Shown: piece by piece, positions 42,978 to 53,391 of the stretch
Position numbering within the stretch: the stretch's first letter is position 1
Layout of the letters: each line of letters opens with the position of its first letter
Source: an uncultured Acidobacteriota bacterium
Lineage (GTDB): Bacteria; Acidobacteriota; Blastocatellia; RBC074
DNA length: 64,000 bases
NCBI GenBank assembly: GCA_963796275.1
Contig: CAWCKY010000004.1
Location: forward strand, 64,001-128,000
Direction of reading: 5' to 3'
Notes under the pieces: model-generated
What the model was told of the DNA's origin: nothing
Database searches by the model: none
The model's input: only the letters and a program-made list of their open reading frames with translations
Position numbers and translations under genes: made by a program

Positions 42978-43721
42978 TTACCCTCTCCTTCTGCCCATGC
43001 CGCTCAGAGTATCCCTGATCTCTCGGCTGTATCCGTTCTTGATATGTGCGATGTAGTCTTGTAGCGGCAGGTGTTTATATGTCGAACGTGTTTGAGCCTC
43101 TCTAATGCCTACCCTAAACGTATCCCGTAATCGAGCTGCATTCTGTGGATCGTTGAGGGATTCATCGAGTCGCAGCCAAAGACGGGCCTGATCGTCGGCC
43201 GCATCCGGATCGTCGTGAAGTGCATCCGGACTCAAAAATATAAGCCAGTCCCGCCCATCAAACAGAGAATCTTTCCATGCCGTAATCTCGATAGGCGTTG
43301 CCTCTCTGTGATAGAGCAATTCAATTTCATCATTCACAAAATAGATATCTAGGTCCCCCTCGATATATGCCATGTATTCTTCTATGGTCACTCGATTGAA
43401 CTTCGAACGCTTGTGAGCTTCCCTGATGCCGGCGCGAAACGTACTCCGTAACCGCCTGCCGCTCGACCGCTGGTCGAGAGTTTCGTCAAGCCGCAGCCAG
43501 AGGCGAGCCTGCGCGTCAGCCGCCTCCGGATCGCCATTAAGTCCGGAGGCTTTCAGGAAAAGTTCCCAATCTCGATCATCGAGGAGCGACTCACCATCGA
43601 CCGCAGCTCCATGCTTCGCGTTCGTCTGTGAGGGGGCACACGTATGTCTATTAGGGCTGTTCGCTCTTTTCATTGTTCGTATGCTCGGACTACCTGCGTA
43701 AATTCTCTCGCTACTAACCAC
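42978..43721 (-). CDS. Hypothetical protein with a tandem-duplicated ~105-aa domain
   Basis: D.RDW..FL..DP.AAD.QARLWLRLDE.L..RLR.TFR.GIREA..RS occurs twice. Confidence 0.7.
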   Translation of the reverse strand: MVSSERIYAGSPSIRTMKRANSPNRHTCAPSQTNAKHGAAVDGESLLDDRDWELFLKASGLNGDPEAADAQARLWLRLDETLDQRSSGRRLRSTFRAGIREAHKRSKFNRVTIEEYMAYIEGDLDIYFVNDEIELLYHREATPIEITAWKDSLFDGRDWLIFLSPDALHDDPDAADDQARLWLRLDESLNDPQNAARLRDTFRVGIREAQTRSTYKHLPLQDYIAHIKNGYSREIRDTLSGMGRRRG

Positions 43722-43876
43722 TAATCCCTACGAGAGCCTCTCGGCCACGGATTTGTCGCAGGGATTGGGAAGACGCTTTATCGGCTGGTGGATGTTTGTA
43801 CTCTGTGCTCCTGGCTCGGCCGAGACTTTTTATCCCCGATAAATCGCGCATAAGTGATTGAAGCTTTGTGCGTATT

Positions 43877-44943
43877 TTAAAAACGGCCCGATACGCGGCT
43901 CTCGAATCTCTGGAGCTTCGATTGCATCGTTGTGCGAGGCATCCCCAAAAGGAGAGCTGCTTTTCGTTTGTTTCCGCGTGTCATCTTGAGCGCCCCCATG
44001 ACGTCGAGATATTCCCGCATCTCATCCATTTCGGCGTTAGCGCCGCCGCTGCGGTCCTCCGCAATTGCGCCGCTCCGCCCAAACATCTCCCACACAAGAG
44101 CTTCCGTGATGACCCCTCGGTCCTCTTCGCTTTTATAGCCAGCCACAGAATTTTGTTTTCGAACTCGCGGAAATTGCCCGGCCATCTGTAGCCCCAGCTG
44201 CACAGCGTGTCGAGCGCAGCCGGGGCGAACCTGACCTCATACTGTAATCTCGCACGCGCTCCCACTTTCTTAAGCGTGGGCTCGATCAACAGTGGAATAT
44301 CTTCGAGATGCTCGCGCAGCGGTGGCGTCTTGATTGGATAAGGGTTGAGACGATTATATAAATCCTCCCGGAAAGAACCTTCCGCGACCTTTGCTTGCAG
44401 ATCGCGATGCGTCGCGGCAATTATTCGCACGTCAACTTTAATGTTGCTGGTCGGTGTTCCCCCGACGCGTTTGATGTCGCCTTCCTGCAGCGCACGCAAA
44501 AGTTTGACCTGGCTTGCGAGCGACATGTCGCCTATTTCATCAAGAAAAAGCGTTCCGCCATGGGCGGCCTCGAAGTGCCCTATTTTGCGCTGGTAGGCGC
44601 CTGTGAACGACCCTTTCTCGTGTCCGAATAATTCCGTTTCGATCAACGTATCCGCGAGTCCGCCGCAGTTCACTACGATAAGCGGCTTATTGGATCGACT
44701 ACTAAGGTGGTGAACTCGCCTCGCTACCAATTCCTTACCCGTCCCCGATTCCCCAAGTATGAGAACCGTTGCGAGCGTATCCGCGACATCGTCGATCTCC
44801 TTTTTTAATTGATGGATTAGGAGCGAATCGCCCCAAATGTCGTCTGCGCCGGCGCTGTTGTGCCCTTCGCTGTTTTTTCGAGGATCAAGCGCCGTAAGCG
44901 CAACTTCATGATTGTCTGAGAATCTGCCATTGAATCGGGACAT
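43877..44943 (-). CDS. Sigma54-dependent activator (AAA+ and Fis HTH) without sensory domain; frameshift near 44125
   Basis: GESGTGKE, ELFGHEKGSFTGA, FLDEIG, FREDLYNRL, WPGNFRE; the HTH GNKRKAALLLGMPRTTM lies in the adjacent frame. Confidence 0.9.
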
Positions 44944-45023
44944 TATGTGCCTCTTCGGACCTTGCCATCTTTCCTTTTGGGCCGATCTTTGTAAAATAGA
45001 CGCGCAAAATCCGAGCGTAAAAA

Positions 45024-45172
45024 TAGTACAGATAGTTACTTTAGGTGGTGAGGGGTGGCGTCCACCAAAAATGGAAACGATGCAGTCTTATCGGCGCTAT
45101 GGTGGCAGAAGGTCAAAGGATAGCGCCTTCCAGACGGCGAGTATTGCACCTAAATAGTAGCTATTGTTACTA
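45024..45172. promoter_or_regulatory. Inverted pair of AGTA-N8-TACT operator-like sites in the divergent intergenic region
   Basis: TAGTACAGATAGTTACTTTAGGTG (45024-45047) vs CACCTAAATAGTAGCTATTGTTACTA (45147-45172). Confidence 0.55.
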
Positions 45173-45186
45173 AAAAAGACAAGACC

Positions 45187-45495
45187 ATGAGTGACGAGCA
45201 GTTCAGACCCAGGCGGCTGGCGGAGAAGCTCCTTGCGATTCGCATGGGGCTCGATCTTTCGCAAAATGAAATGTTGCATGTCCTTGGATTGAAAGACGTA
45301 TACGATCGGGCGTTCGTCTCGTTTTGGGAGACAGATAAGCGGCAACCTCCCTTGGGCGTGGTGCTGAGATATGCTCGCGCCTATGGCGTTTCTACCGATT
45401 TTTTACTCGATGATAAGTTCAATTTGCCGCCGCCTCAGATTCAACTCAACCGTCCTTCGCGGAAGCGGAGACGTCGTTCGAGCAATCCTTCCTGA
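45187..45495 (+). CDS. XRE-family transcriptional regulator
   Basis: LAEKLLAIR..LDLSQNEM..VSFWETDKRQPPL..VSTDFLL. Confidence 0.88.
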   Translation: MSDEQFRPRRLAEKLLAIRMGLDLSQNEMLHVLGLKDVYDRAFVSFWETDKRQPPLGVVLRYARAYGVSTDFLLDDKFNLPPPQIQLNRPSRKRRRRSSNPS

Positions 45496-45712
45496 CAAGA
45501 AAGCAGCTATCGAGATATATCGAGATCATATTCAATGCCTCGGCTGCGTTCGCCGCTGACTCTCTCTCTCATTTGCTGGTATTCATTCTTCGGCTCCCGC
45601 TCGATCCGTTTCTCTTGGGCGATCTCCTTCTGCCGTGACCGATTCATTAGCTCGGCAATCTTCTCGATAGAGTTCCCAACGTCTTCGACTGCGGCCACTT
45701 CCCTGCACTGCG

Positions 45713-45814
45713 TGTACTGCGCCACGATTGCTCAGACCTTTGAGCAAGGTCAGGCCTTCGTGAAGTAGGCCTGACCTCTCGTTAAATCGCTACGCGTTGG
45801 AATATCCACAGACG
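45713..45814 (+). repeat. 102-bp direct repeat, copy 1
   Basis: Matches 51821-51922 with 3 mismatches by eye; contains hairpin AGGTCAGGCCT-N9-AGGCCTGACCT. Confidence 0.93.
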
Positions 45815-46075
45815 GTCATCCGCTGACTATAGCGTTGCCCAAAGGCCCGCTGAAGATCGGCCGATTCTATCGCCACACTGAAATGATCTGCCGCGAATCA
45901 TCGAACTGAAATCGAAGGATAGTCAGGAACTGGAAGAGGGGGAAGTTGATGATGCGGGCGATCGTCAATACTGCGGGTAGCCGACTGATGATCTGAGATG
46001 CGAAGGAGGACTTGAGATGTGGGTTTAGGGAAGGATGTGAGGATTTACAACTATCATGACGTTGGGAATAAGAGG

Positions 46076-46101
46076 GGAAGGGAGCCGTAAGGCCCCCTTC
46101 C
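46076..46101 (-). terminator. Probable intrinsic terminator after FG-GAP copy 2
   Basis: Minus strand GGAAGGGGGCC-TTAC-GGCTCCCTTCC followed by a pyrimidine tract; a related hairpin lies at about 48683-48713 after copy 1. Confidence 0.55.
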
Positions 46102-46148
46102 TACTCAATTGCAGGGAACTATTTTGTTACCACCCCGAGCCGTCCCTA

Positions 46149-48562
46149 TTACGGCAGGCACTGCGGATCGCCCAGCAAATGGCTGAGAAAATGCAAGAGG
46201 CAAAATTGACTGCTTGAGGATCGACTGCCTGAGGATCGAATACCTGAAAAACTGGCGCAATTGGTTGAATCGAAGTTCGCGCCGCCGTTGGTGCAAGTTC
46301 CGTTATTAGAGCGCGGCACACAGACGGTGACGCTGCCTTGGCAGCTCCCCCCATTTCCATCGCTCGCCGTGAAGAAGATGGTGTAGACCCGGCCATTGCC
46401 CTGACCGCTGCGCTCGGCGCGGATCTGAGCGGTGGAAGTTCCGATTCCCTGGCCATCGGGACAGGTATGCCCGTCACCAGTGCCGTCGGTCGGCTCGTCC
46501 TGTTTGATCTGATCGATGGTGATGGTGACCGGATCGCCGTCGGGATCTGTCACGCCCTGGATGGTGACGTTGACGAACTGGTGATTGGGCGGCCAGATCT
46601 TGGAGATGCTGGGGGAGGCCCCGCTGCAATCGGGCGACTGATTAACCGCGACAAAGACATAGGCCGAGCCTTGATCGGCGCCAGCCGCGCCGTCATCCAA
46701 CTGCGCGGCGACCACGATCGTGTTGCCGCTGATCGCCAACGACTCGCCGAACTGGTCAAATGGCGCCGGGTCCGAGGCCTCAAGCTTCTGCTGCTGGCTC
46801 CAGACTCCAGCGCTGCGCACAAAGACATAGGCCGAGCCTTGATCGAGGCCTCCTGCGCCATTATCTGCCGGCGCGCTTATCACGACCGTCTCCCCATCGA
46901 TGTCCACCTTGAAGCCGAAATGGTCAGTTGCCCCCGGGTCCGAGGCCTCGAGCTTTTGCTGCTGGGTCCAGACTCCAGCCGCTGCGCACAAAGACATAGG
47001 CCGAGCCTGGATCGATGCCCGCTGCGCCATCATCAAACTGCGCGCCGACCACGAGCGTCTCACCGTCGATCGCCGCCGCGCCGCCGAACTGGTCATTTGC
47101 CGCCGCGTCCGAGGCCTCGAGCTTTTGCTGCTGGGTCCAGACTCCAGAGCTGCGCACAAAGACATAGGCCGAGCCTTGATTGCCGCCCGCTGCGCCATCA
47201 TGCATACGCGCGCCGACCACGACCGTTTCAGCGCTGATCGCCAACGCCTCGCCGAACCGGTCACCTGCCTCCGGGTCCGAGGCCAGGAGCTTCTGTTGCT
47301 GGCTCCAGACACCACCGCTGCGCACAAAGACATAGGCGGCGCCCTCGCTGCTGACCGCGACTGTCTCCCCACTGATCGCCACCCTGAGGCCGAACTGGTC
47401 ATTTGCCGCTGCGTCGGATGCCTGCAGCTTCTGCTGCTGGCTCCAGACTCCGCCGCTGCGCACAAAGACATAGGCCGAGCCTAGACTACCGCTAAAGAAA
47501 TCACCCGGCGTGCCGACCACGAGCGTCTCACCGTCGATCGCCACCCAGTGGCCGAACACGGCGCCTGCCGCCGGGTCCGAGGCCAGGAGCTTCTGTTGCT
47601 GGGTCCAAACTCCGCCGCTGCGCACAAAGACATAGACCGAGCCTTGATCGCCGCCCGCCGCGCCATCATCAAACTTATTGCCGATCACGACCGTGTCACC
47701 ACTGATCGCCACCTCGTTGGCGAACCGGTCACCTGCCGCCGGGTCCGAGGGCTCCAGCTTTTGCTGTTGCGTGAAGGTCGGGTCGATCGTCACTGGATAG
47801 ATCGCTCCTTCATCCGCCACCTCCAGCTTCACCTCATCTCCGGACGAGCTTCATCCGCGCCTCGAGCCCTCGCCCAGTCGCGTCGAACGCATGCAGCTTC
47901 TCATAGCGCAGACCTGCTCCAGCTCCCTTACCATTGAGCTGGATCGCCTGCCCACTCTCCAACAGCCGCGTTTTCAAATCTCCACTCAGCTTCAGCCACA
48001 GATTCAACTTCTCTCCGGCCTTTCTCTTTCCAGGAGCTTGCACGATCGTGAAGCCCTGCTCCAATCCGCTCGCACGGTTCACATACCATTCGCCGAGCGT
48101 AGCGCCGTCTTGCGCTCGCCTCTCGTATTCGATCCGCTCCCCACTGGCTTTGAGGCCGCCTGAGGTCACAGCCTTCTTCCGCTCACCATAGCCGTATGCG
48201 GTCAGCTTCATTCCCAGCCGCCACTCGCTCCCCGCCAGGCTCGATCCTCTCACCTCTACGCCCTCTCGCGTAAAGACAGCTCGGTAGCCCTGCTTCGGAT
48301 TGCCTGCCTCATAGATACCCTCTCTCCTCTCCGCGATCTCATAGCGCGCCGCCGTCACCGCGGCTGAAAGCGAGTTGTAGAGTCCCGTTTGTTCCAGATG
48401 CCGGATCGCCGCTGGTCCGCGCAGGGCCGGCATCGGCGGAGCGGCTTTATTCGTCGAATCTGCTCCGGCGGTCCGGATCGCCGTCAGTCCGGCGTAGCAG
48501 CCGATCAGCGCCATCGCTACGATGATCAGAAAACGCGCAAGGCGATTTCGTTGCTTTCTCAT
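46149..48562 (-). pseudogene. FG-GAP 7-bladed propeller protein, copy 2 (frameshifts near 47845 and 46977)
   Basis: Pieces of ORFs 47834-48877, 46924-47832 and 46149-47471 join into a paralog of 48760-51171; ATG at 48562 after AAGGAG. Confidence 0.88.
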
Positions 48563-48759
48563 ACTTGTCTCCTTAATTGATGTTTGAAGTTGACTATTGA
48601 TTGACGGTCGAAGATGCCCGTCGTGATGAAACGATAGATGGCTTAACAGTTCGGTCTGGCGCCGCCGAAAGCGGTAAGGGCGGATGGAAAGGAGCCGCCA
48701 GACTCCCTTCCACCACCCAATTGAAGTGAACGATCTTGCCATCGCCCGAACTGTCCTGA

Positions 48760-51171
48760 TCACTGCAGGCATAGCGGGTCGCCCAGCAGGTGCAGCAGCG
48801 AATCCAAGAGACAAAAAGAACTGCCAGAAAAACCGGTGCAATTCGTGGAATCGAAGTTCGCGCCGCCGTTGGTGCAAGTTCCGTTATTAGAGCGCGGCAC
48901 ACAGACGGTGACGCTGCCCTGGCAGCTCCCCCCATTTCCATCGCTGGCGGTGAAGAAGATGGTGTAGACCCGGCCATTGCCCTGACCGCTGCGCTCGGCG
49001 CGGATCTGAGCGGTGGAGCTTCCGATTCCCTGGCCATCGGGACAGGTATGGCCGTCACCAGTGCCGTCGGTCGGCTCGTCCTGTTTGATCTGATCGATGG
49101 TGATGGTGACGGGATCGCCGTCGGGGTCGGTCACTCCCTGGATGGTGACGTTGACGAACTGGTGATTGGGCGGCCAGATCTTGGAGACGCTGGGGAACGC
49201 CCCGCTGCAATCGGGTGGCTGATTGGCTGGAGCAAACACATAGGCCGAGCCTTGCTCGCTGCCCGCTGCGCCATCATCACCCCTCGCGCCGACCACGATC
49301 GCCTCCCCGCTGATCCCTACCATGTCGCCGAAGAAGTCAAGTTCCGCCGCGTCCGAGGCCTCGAGCTTCTGCTGCTGGGTCCAGACTCCGCCGCTGCGCA
49401 CAAAGACATAGGCTGAGCCTTGAGCGCTGCCTGCCGCGCCGTCATCTTGCGACGCGCCGACCACGACCGTCTCCCCACTGATCCCCACCGAACTGCCTAA
49501 GTTGTCTAATGCCGCGGCGTCCGAGGCTAGGAGCTTCTGCTGCTGGGTCCAGACTCCACCGCTGCGCACAAAGACATAGGCTGAACCTTGATCGCTGCCC
49601 GCTGTCCCATCATCAAACAGTGCGCCGATCACAAGCGTCTCCCCGCTGATCGCCACCGACCAGCCGAACTGGTCACCTGTGTCCGATGCCTCGAGCTTCT
49701 GCTGCTGGGTCCAGACTCCAGCGCTGCGTACAAAGACATAGGCCGAGCCTTGATCGCTGCCCGCTGTCCCATCATCACGCGGCGCGCCAATCACGACCGT
49801 CTCCCCGCTGACCGCCACTGAGAAGCCGAAGAAATCGACTGCCCCCGCGTCGGAGGCCTCGAGCTTCTGCTGCTGAGTCCAGACCCCACCGCTGCGTACA
49901 AAGACATAGGCCGAGCCTTGAGCGCCACCTGCTGTGCCGTCATCTTGCGACGCGCCGACCACGACCGTCTCCCCGCTGATACCCATCGAGTCGCCCAAGT
50001 TGTCAAATGCCGCGGCGTCCGAGGCCTCGAGCTTCTGTTGCTGGCTCCAGACTCCGCCGCTGCGCACAAAGACATAGGCCGAGCCTTGATCGGAACCCGC
50101 CGCGCCATCATCAAACCGCGCACCGACCACGACCGCCTCACCGCTGATCGCCACCGAGAAGCCGAACTGGTCACCTGCTCCCGCGTCCGAGGCCAGGAGC
50201 TTTTGCTGCTGGCTCCAGACCACGCCGCTGCGCACAAAGACATAGGCCGAACCTTGATCGCTGCCCGCTGCGCCGTCATCATCCCGCGCGCCGACCACGA
50301 CCGTCTCCCCGCTGATCGCCACCGAGTTGCCGAAGCTGTCACCTGTCCCCGGGTCCGAGGGCTCCAGCTTCTGCTGTTGCGTGAAGGTCGGATCGATCGT
50401 CACTGGATAGATCGCTCCTTCGTCCGCCACCTCCAGCTTCACCTCATCTCCGGCCAGCTTCATCCGCGCCTCTAGCTCTCGCCCAATCGCGTCGAACGCA
50501 TGCAGCTTCTCATAGCGCAACCCTGCTCCTGCTCCCCTTCCGTTGAGCTGGATCGCCTGCCCACTCTCCAACAGCCGAGCCTTCAAATCTCCACTCAGCT
50601 TTAGCCACAGATTCAACTTCTCTCCGGCTCCTCTCTTTCCAGGAGCTTGCGCGATCGTGAAGCCTTGCTCCAATCCGCTCGCACGGTTCACATACCATTC
50701 GCCGAGCGTAGCGCCGTCTCCCGCTCGCCTCTCGTATTCGATCCGCTCCCCACTGGCTTTGAGGCCGCCTGAGGTCACAGCCTTCTTCCGCTCACCATAG
50801 CCGTATGCGGTCAGCTTCATTCCCAGCCGCCACTCGCTCCCCGCCAGGCTCGATCCTCTCACCTCTACGCCCTCTCGCGTAAAGACAGCTCGGTAGCCCT
50901 GCTTCGGATTGCCTGCCTCATAGATACCCTCTCTCCTCTCCGCGATCTCATAGCGCGCCGCCGTCAGTGCGGCCGAAAGCGAGTTGTAGAGTCCCGTTTG
51001 TTCCAGATGCCGGATCGCCGCTGGTCCGCGCAGGGCCGGCATCGGCGGGGCGGCTTTATTCGTCGAATCTGCTCCGGCGGTCCGGATCGCCGTCAGTCCG
51101 GCGTAGCAGCCGATCAGCGCCATCGCTACGATGATCAGAAAACGCGCAAGGCGATTTCGTTGCTCCCTCAT
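48760..51171 (-). CDS. Secreted FG-GAP (integrin-alpha-like) 7-bladed propeller protein, copy 1
   Basis: Signal peptide, N-domain (EWYVN..GLEQGF), seven QQQKL.ASD..FG.SVAISG..VVGA..GSAYVF repeats, C-domain WPPNH..DPDGD..RAER..GRVYTI. Confidence 0.92.
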   Translation of the reverse strand: MREQRNRLARFLIIVAMALIGCYAGLTAIRTAGADSTNKAAPPMPALRGPAAIRHLEQTGLYNSLSAALTAARYEIAERREGIYEAGNPKQGYRAVFTREGVEVRGSSLAGSEWRLGMKLTAYGYGERKKAVTSGGLKASGERIEYERRAGDGATLGEWYVNRASGLEQGFTIAQAPGKRGAGEKLNLWLKLSGDLKARLLESGQAIQLNGRGAGAGLRYEKLHAFDAIGRELEARMKLAGDEVKLEVADEGAIYPVTIDPTFTQQQKLEPSDPGTGDSFGNSVAISGETVVVGARDDDGAAGSDQGSAYVFVRSGVVWSQQQKLLASDAGAGDQFGFSVAISGEAVVVGARFDDGAAGSDQGSAYVFVRSGGVWSQQQKLEASDAAAFDNLGDSMGISGETVVVGASQDDGTAGGAQGSAYVFVRSGGVWTQQQKLEASDAGAVDFFGFSVAVSGETVVIGAPRDDGTAGSDQGSAYVFVRSAGVWTQQQKLEASDTGDQFGWSVAISGETLVIGALFDDGTAGSDQGSAYVFVRSGGVWTQQQKLLASDAAALDNLGSSVGISGETVVVGASQDDGAAGSAQGSAYVFVRSGGVWTQQQKLEASDAAELDFFGDMVGISGEAIVVGARGDDGAAGSEQGSAYVFAPANQPPDCSGAFPSVSKIWPPNHQFVNVTIQGVTDPDGDPVTITIDQIKQDEPTDGTGDGHTCPDGQGIGSSTAQIRAERSGQGNGRVYTIFFTASDGNGGSCQGSVTVCVPRSNNGTCTNGGANFDSTNCTGFSGSSFCLLDSLLHLLGDPLCLQ

Positions 51172-51820
51172 ACTTGTCTCCTTAATTGATGACTGAGGTT
51201 AACAATTGATTGACGGTCGAAGATGTCCGTCGTGATGAACCCATCGAGCGGGCGCCAGAATGCGACTGTGGAACCCGGCTTCGTAGCGAACGCAAAAGCA
51301 TCTTGACGGTATTGCCGGTAGCACTGGATACACCTTTGCCTGCCCCTTGAGCATCGCTACGTTGCTGGGGAATTGACCGAGAGTCTTAAATACCTCCGCA
51401 CTTGTTAATACACAGGTAAACGCGGGAAAAAAGTGTCGCTCGATTTGAACTGCTTAGAAAGGACGCCGATAAAATGATCTCGCGAAGTGCGCAGAGATGA
51501 GCCTGGACTACCTCCGGCGCCCGCGGCATAGAGACAGTATCATCGAAGCCGATTTTCGCCATCCACCTAAAGATGTGATTTTTTTGATACTTTGGGATGA
51601 CTTGAGGGTACATCTACAGGTAGAGATTCATCAGTTGCCACGGCACCCGCCTTTCATCAGCCGTGTCGGTTCGTAACGCGTCACACGTGCTCGTACTGTA
51701 ACAGAGATATTAATCCGCTAAGATCGGTAGGAGTTGACAGCACGAGATGCTGTGGTTGGACGTCGTTTTGCGCTTTCTCGAAATCCGCAGCTAATGGGAG
51801 CGATGTCTATGATGGCCACA

Positions 51821-51922
51821 TGTACTGCGCCACGATTGCCCAGACCTTTGAGCAAGGTCAGGCCTTCGTGAAGTAGGCCTGACCTTTCGTCAAATCGCTA
51901 CGCGTTGGAATATCCACAGACG
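51821..51922 (+). repeat. 102-bp direct repeat, copy 2
   Basis: Matches 45713-45814. Confidence 0.93.
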
Positions 51923-52749
51923 CGTTGATAAACGATGAAGTAGATATACCGAGAAGATGCCGCGTTGCTAGCCAAAACTCTAAAAAGAACTCAGTATCCT
52001 CGTTAATAACCTCTGACAGACTCTCTACTGCTGGCCGTGATATGCCCGATTTCAGCAGCGCGTTGTTGCTCGATCGCTTCCCTTCCCGACGGAGGGTCAG
52101 GCTATATATTCGAAGGAGCTCGACTCAAACCGGGCCGCAAGGGAAATTCGAGATAACGTCGTCAACGGCGTACAACAGGAAAAAAATATCGCAGCCCAGG
52201 CCATTGGCGAGACATTCCACAACGCTGGCTCAGCAGCAGGTAGCAATGAGAAGGCCATCGGCATCGGGCATGGCGTCAACCTGATCGGGATAGAAGAGAA
52301 ATATAGGCTGTCTACCAAGGCAGCAGATGAGGCCACTAACAAGCGATCCGACAACATTAAGACATATTACGATAACTTGGTGGGAGTTCCTGACCAGCCG
52401 GGCATCCATGACCAGTACCGAGATTTTGTGAGCGCCAATCAGCAGGCTCTCGCGAAAACCCAGTTGGCCACCAGTGATGTATCGTTGAACATGGCTCGTG
52501 ATGCATCAATCGTGCCGCGGGGATCCAGATCGGCACAGCCAACCAGATTTCTCGCATCGAGACGGAGGCTAATCAGGGTCGCTTCGATGCGCAGATGCGG
52601 GCGGCGGACATCACATATAACGCGGGGGTCAAGGCTGCAAACCTGCACGCCATGCAGCACGTGCTGAGCCAGGTCGCGAGCAAGGTCGCAAGAGATATCG
52701 AAAAGGGTATCGAAATGAGGTTCTGAGTTATCGCGCTGAGACCAAGACC

Positions 52750-53287
52750 ATGGGCTGGGCGGCCTCGTCGGCTCTGGCGATGCTCAAGCGCGCGACTGGC
52801 GCCGCTCCCGGCGGTCAGAAAGAAGGGTGCGAAGAAAGAAGGCACGAAGGCCGCGCCCGCGCCGAAAACAGCGGAACTGAAACAGAAACCGCGAATCTGC
52901 GTAGACCTCGATGGAGTGCTGGCGAAATACGATCGATTACGAGGATCGGAGAACATCGGCGCACCCGCACCCGGGGCGCTGGAATTCGCGCGCGGACTCG
53001 CCAAGGTGGCGGATATCATTATCTTCACTTCGCGCTGCTCGGAAGAACGGCGCCGCAACGACGACGGATATTCGCTCTCGCCCGCGCAGATGCGCATCCA
53101 TATCATCGATTGGCTGGAAAACATAAATTTCCCTATACCGACGTTTATATCGGCTATGGAAAACCCCGCGTGGCTGCGTTCATCGATGACAGAGCGGTGC
53201 ACTGCAGCCTGTAGAAGGATAAGAAGGCGTTTGATAGCGCGCTCGCTTCGGTGAAAGCGCTCTTGAAACGAAGAGAGAGTCAGTGAC
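52750..53287 (+). pseudogene. HAD-superfamily hydrolase (capless, phage-type), frameshifted
   Basis: ICVDLDGVL (motif I), IIIFTSR (II), and GKPRVAAFIDDRAV (III/IV) in another frame. Confidence 0.75.
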
Positions 53288-53391
53288 TGGAATCCGGAGA
53301 ATGTATAGCGTAATGTGGGCGCGCGCAGGAACATTTCCGATGAGGCCCGGAGTCTAACGAGGGTCATTCCTATTTCTTCTGGAGGAGCGAA

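Noticed and set aside
37000-45200. Sigma54 -24/-12 promoter for the activator
   Set aside because: I found no convincing TGGCAC-N5-TTGC match by eye; a matrix scan is needed.
46600-50400. ~168-bp periodic repeats as a CRISPR array or DGR template/variable pair
   Set aside because: They are in-frame FG-GAP blades; there are no cas genes, no intact RT, and no evident adenine-specific mutation pattern.
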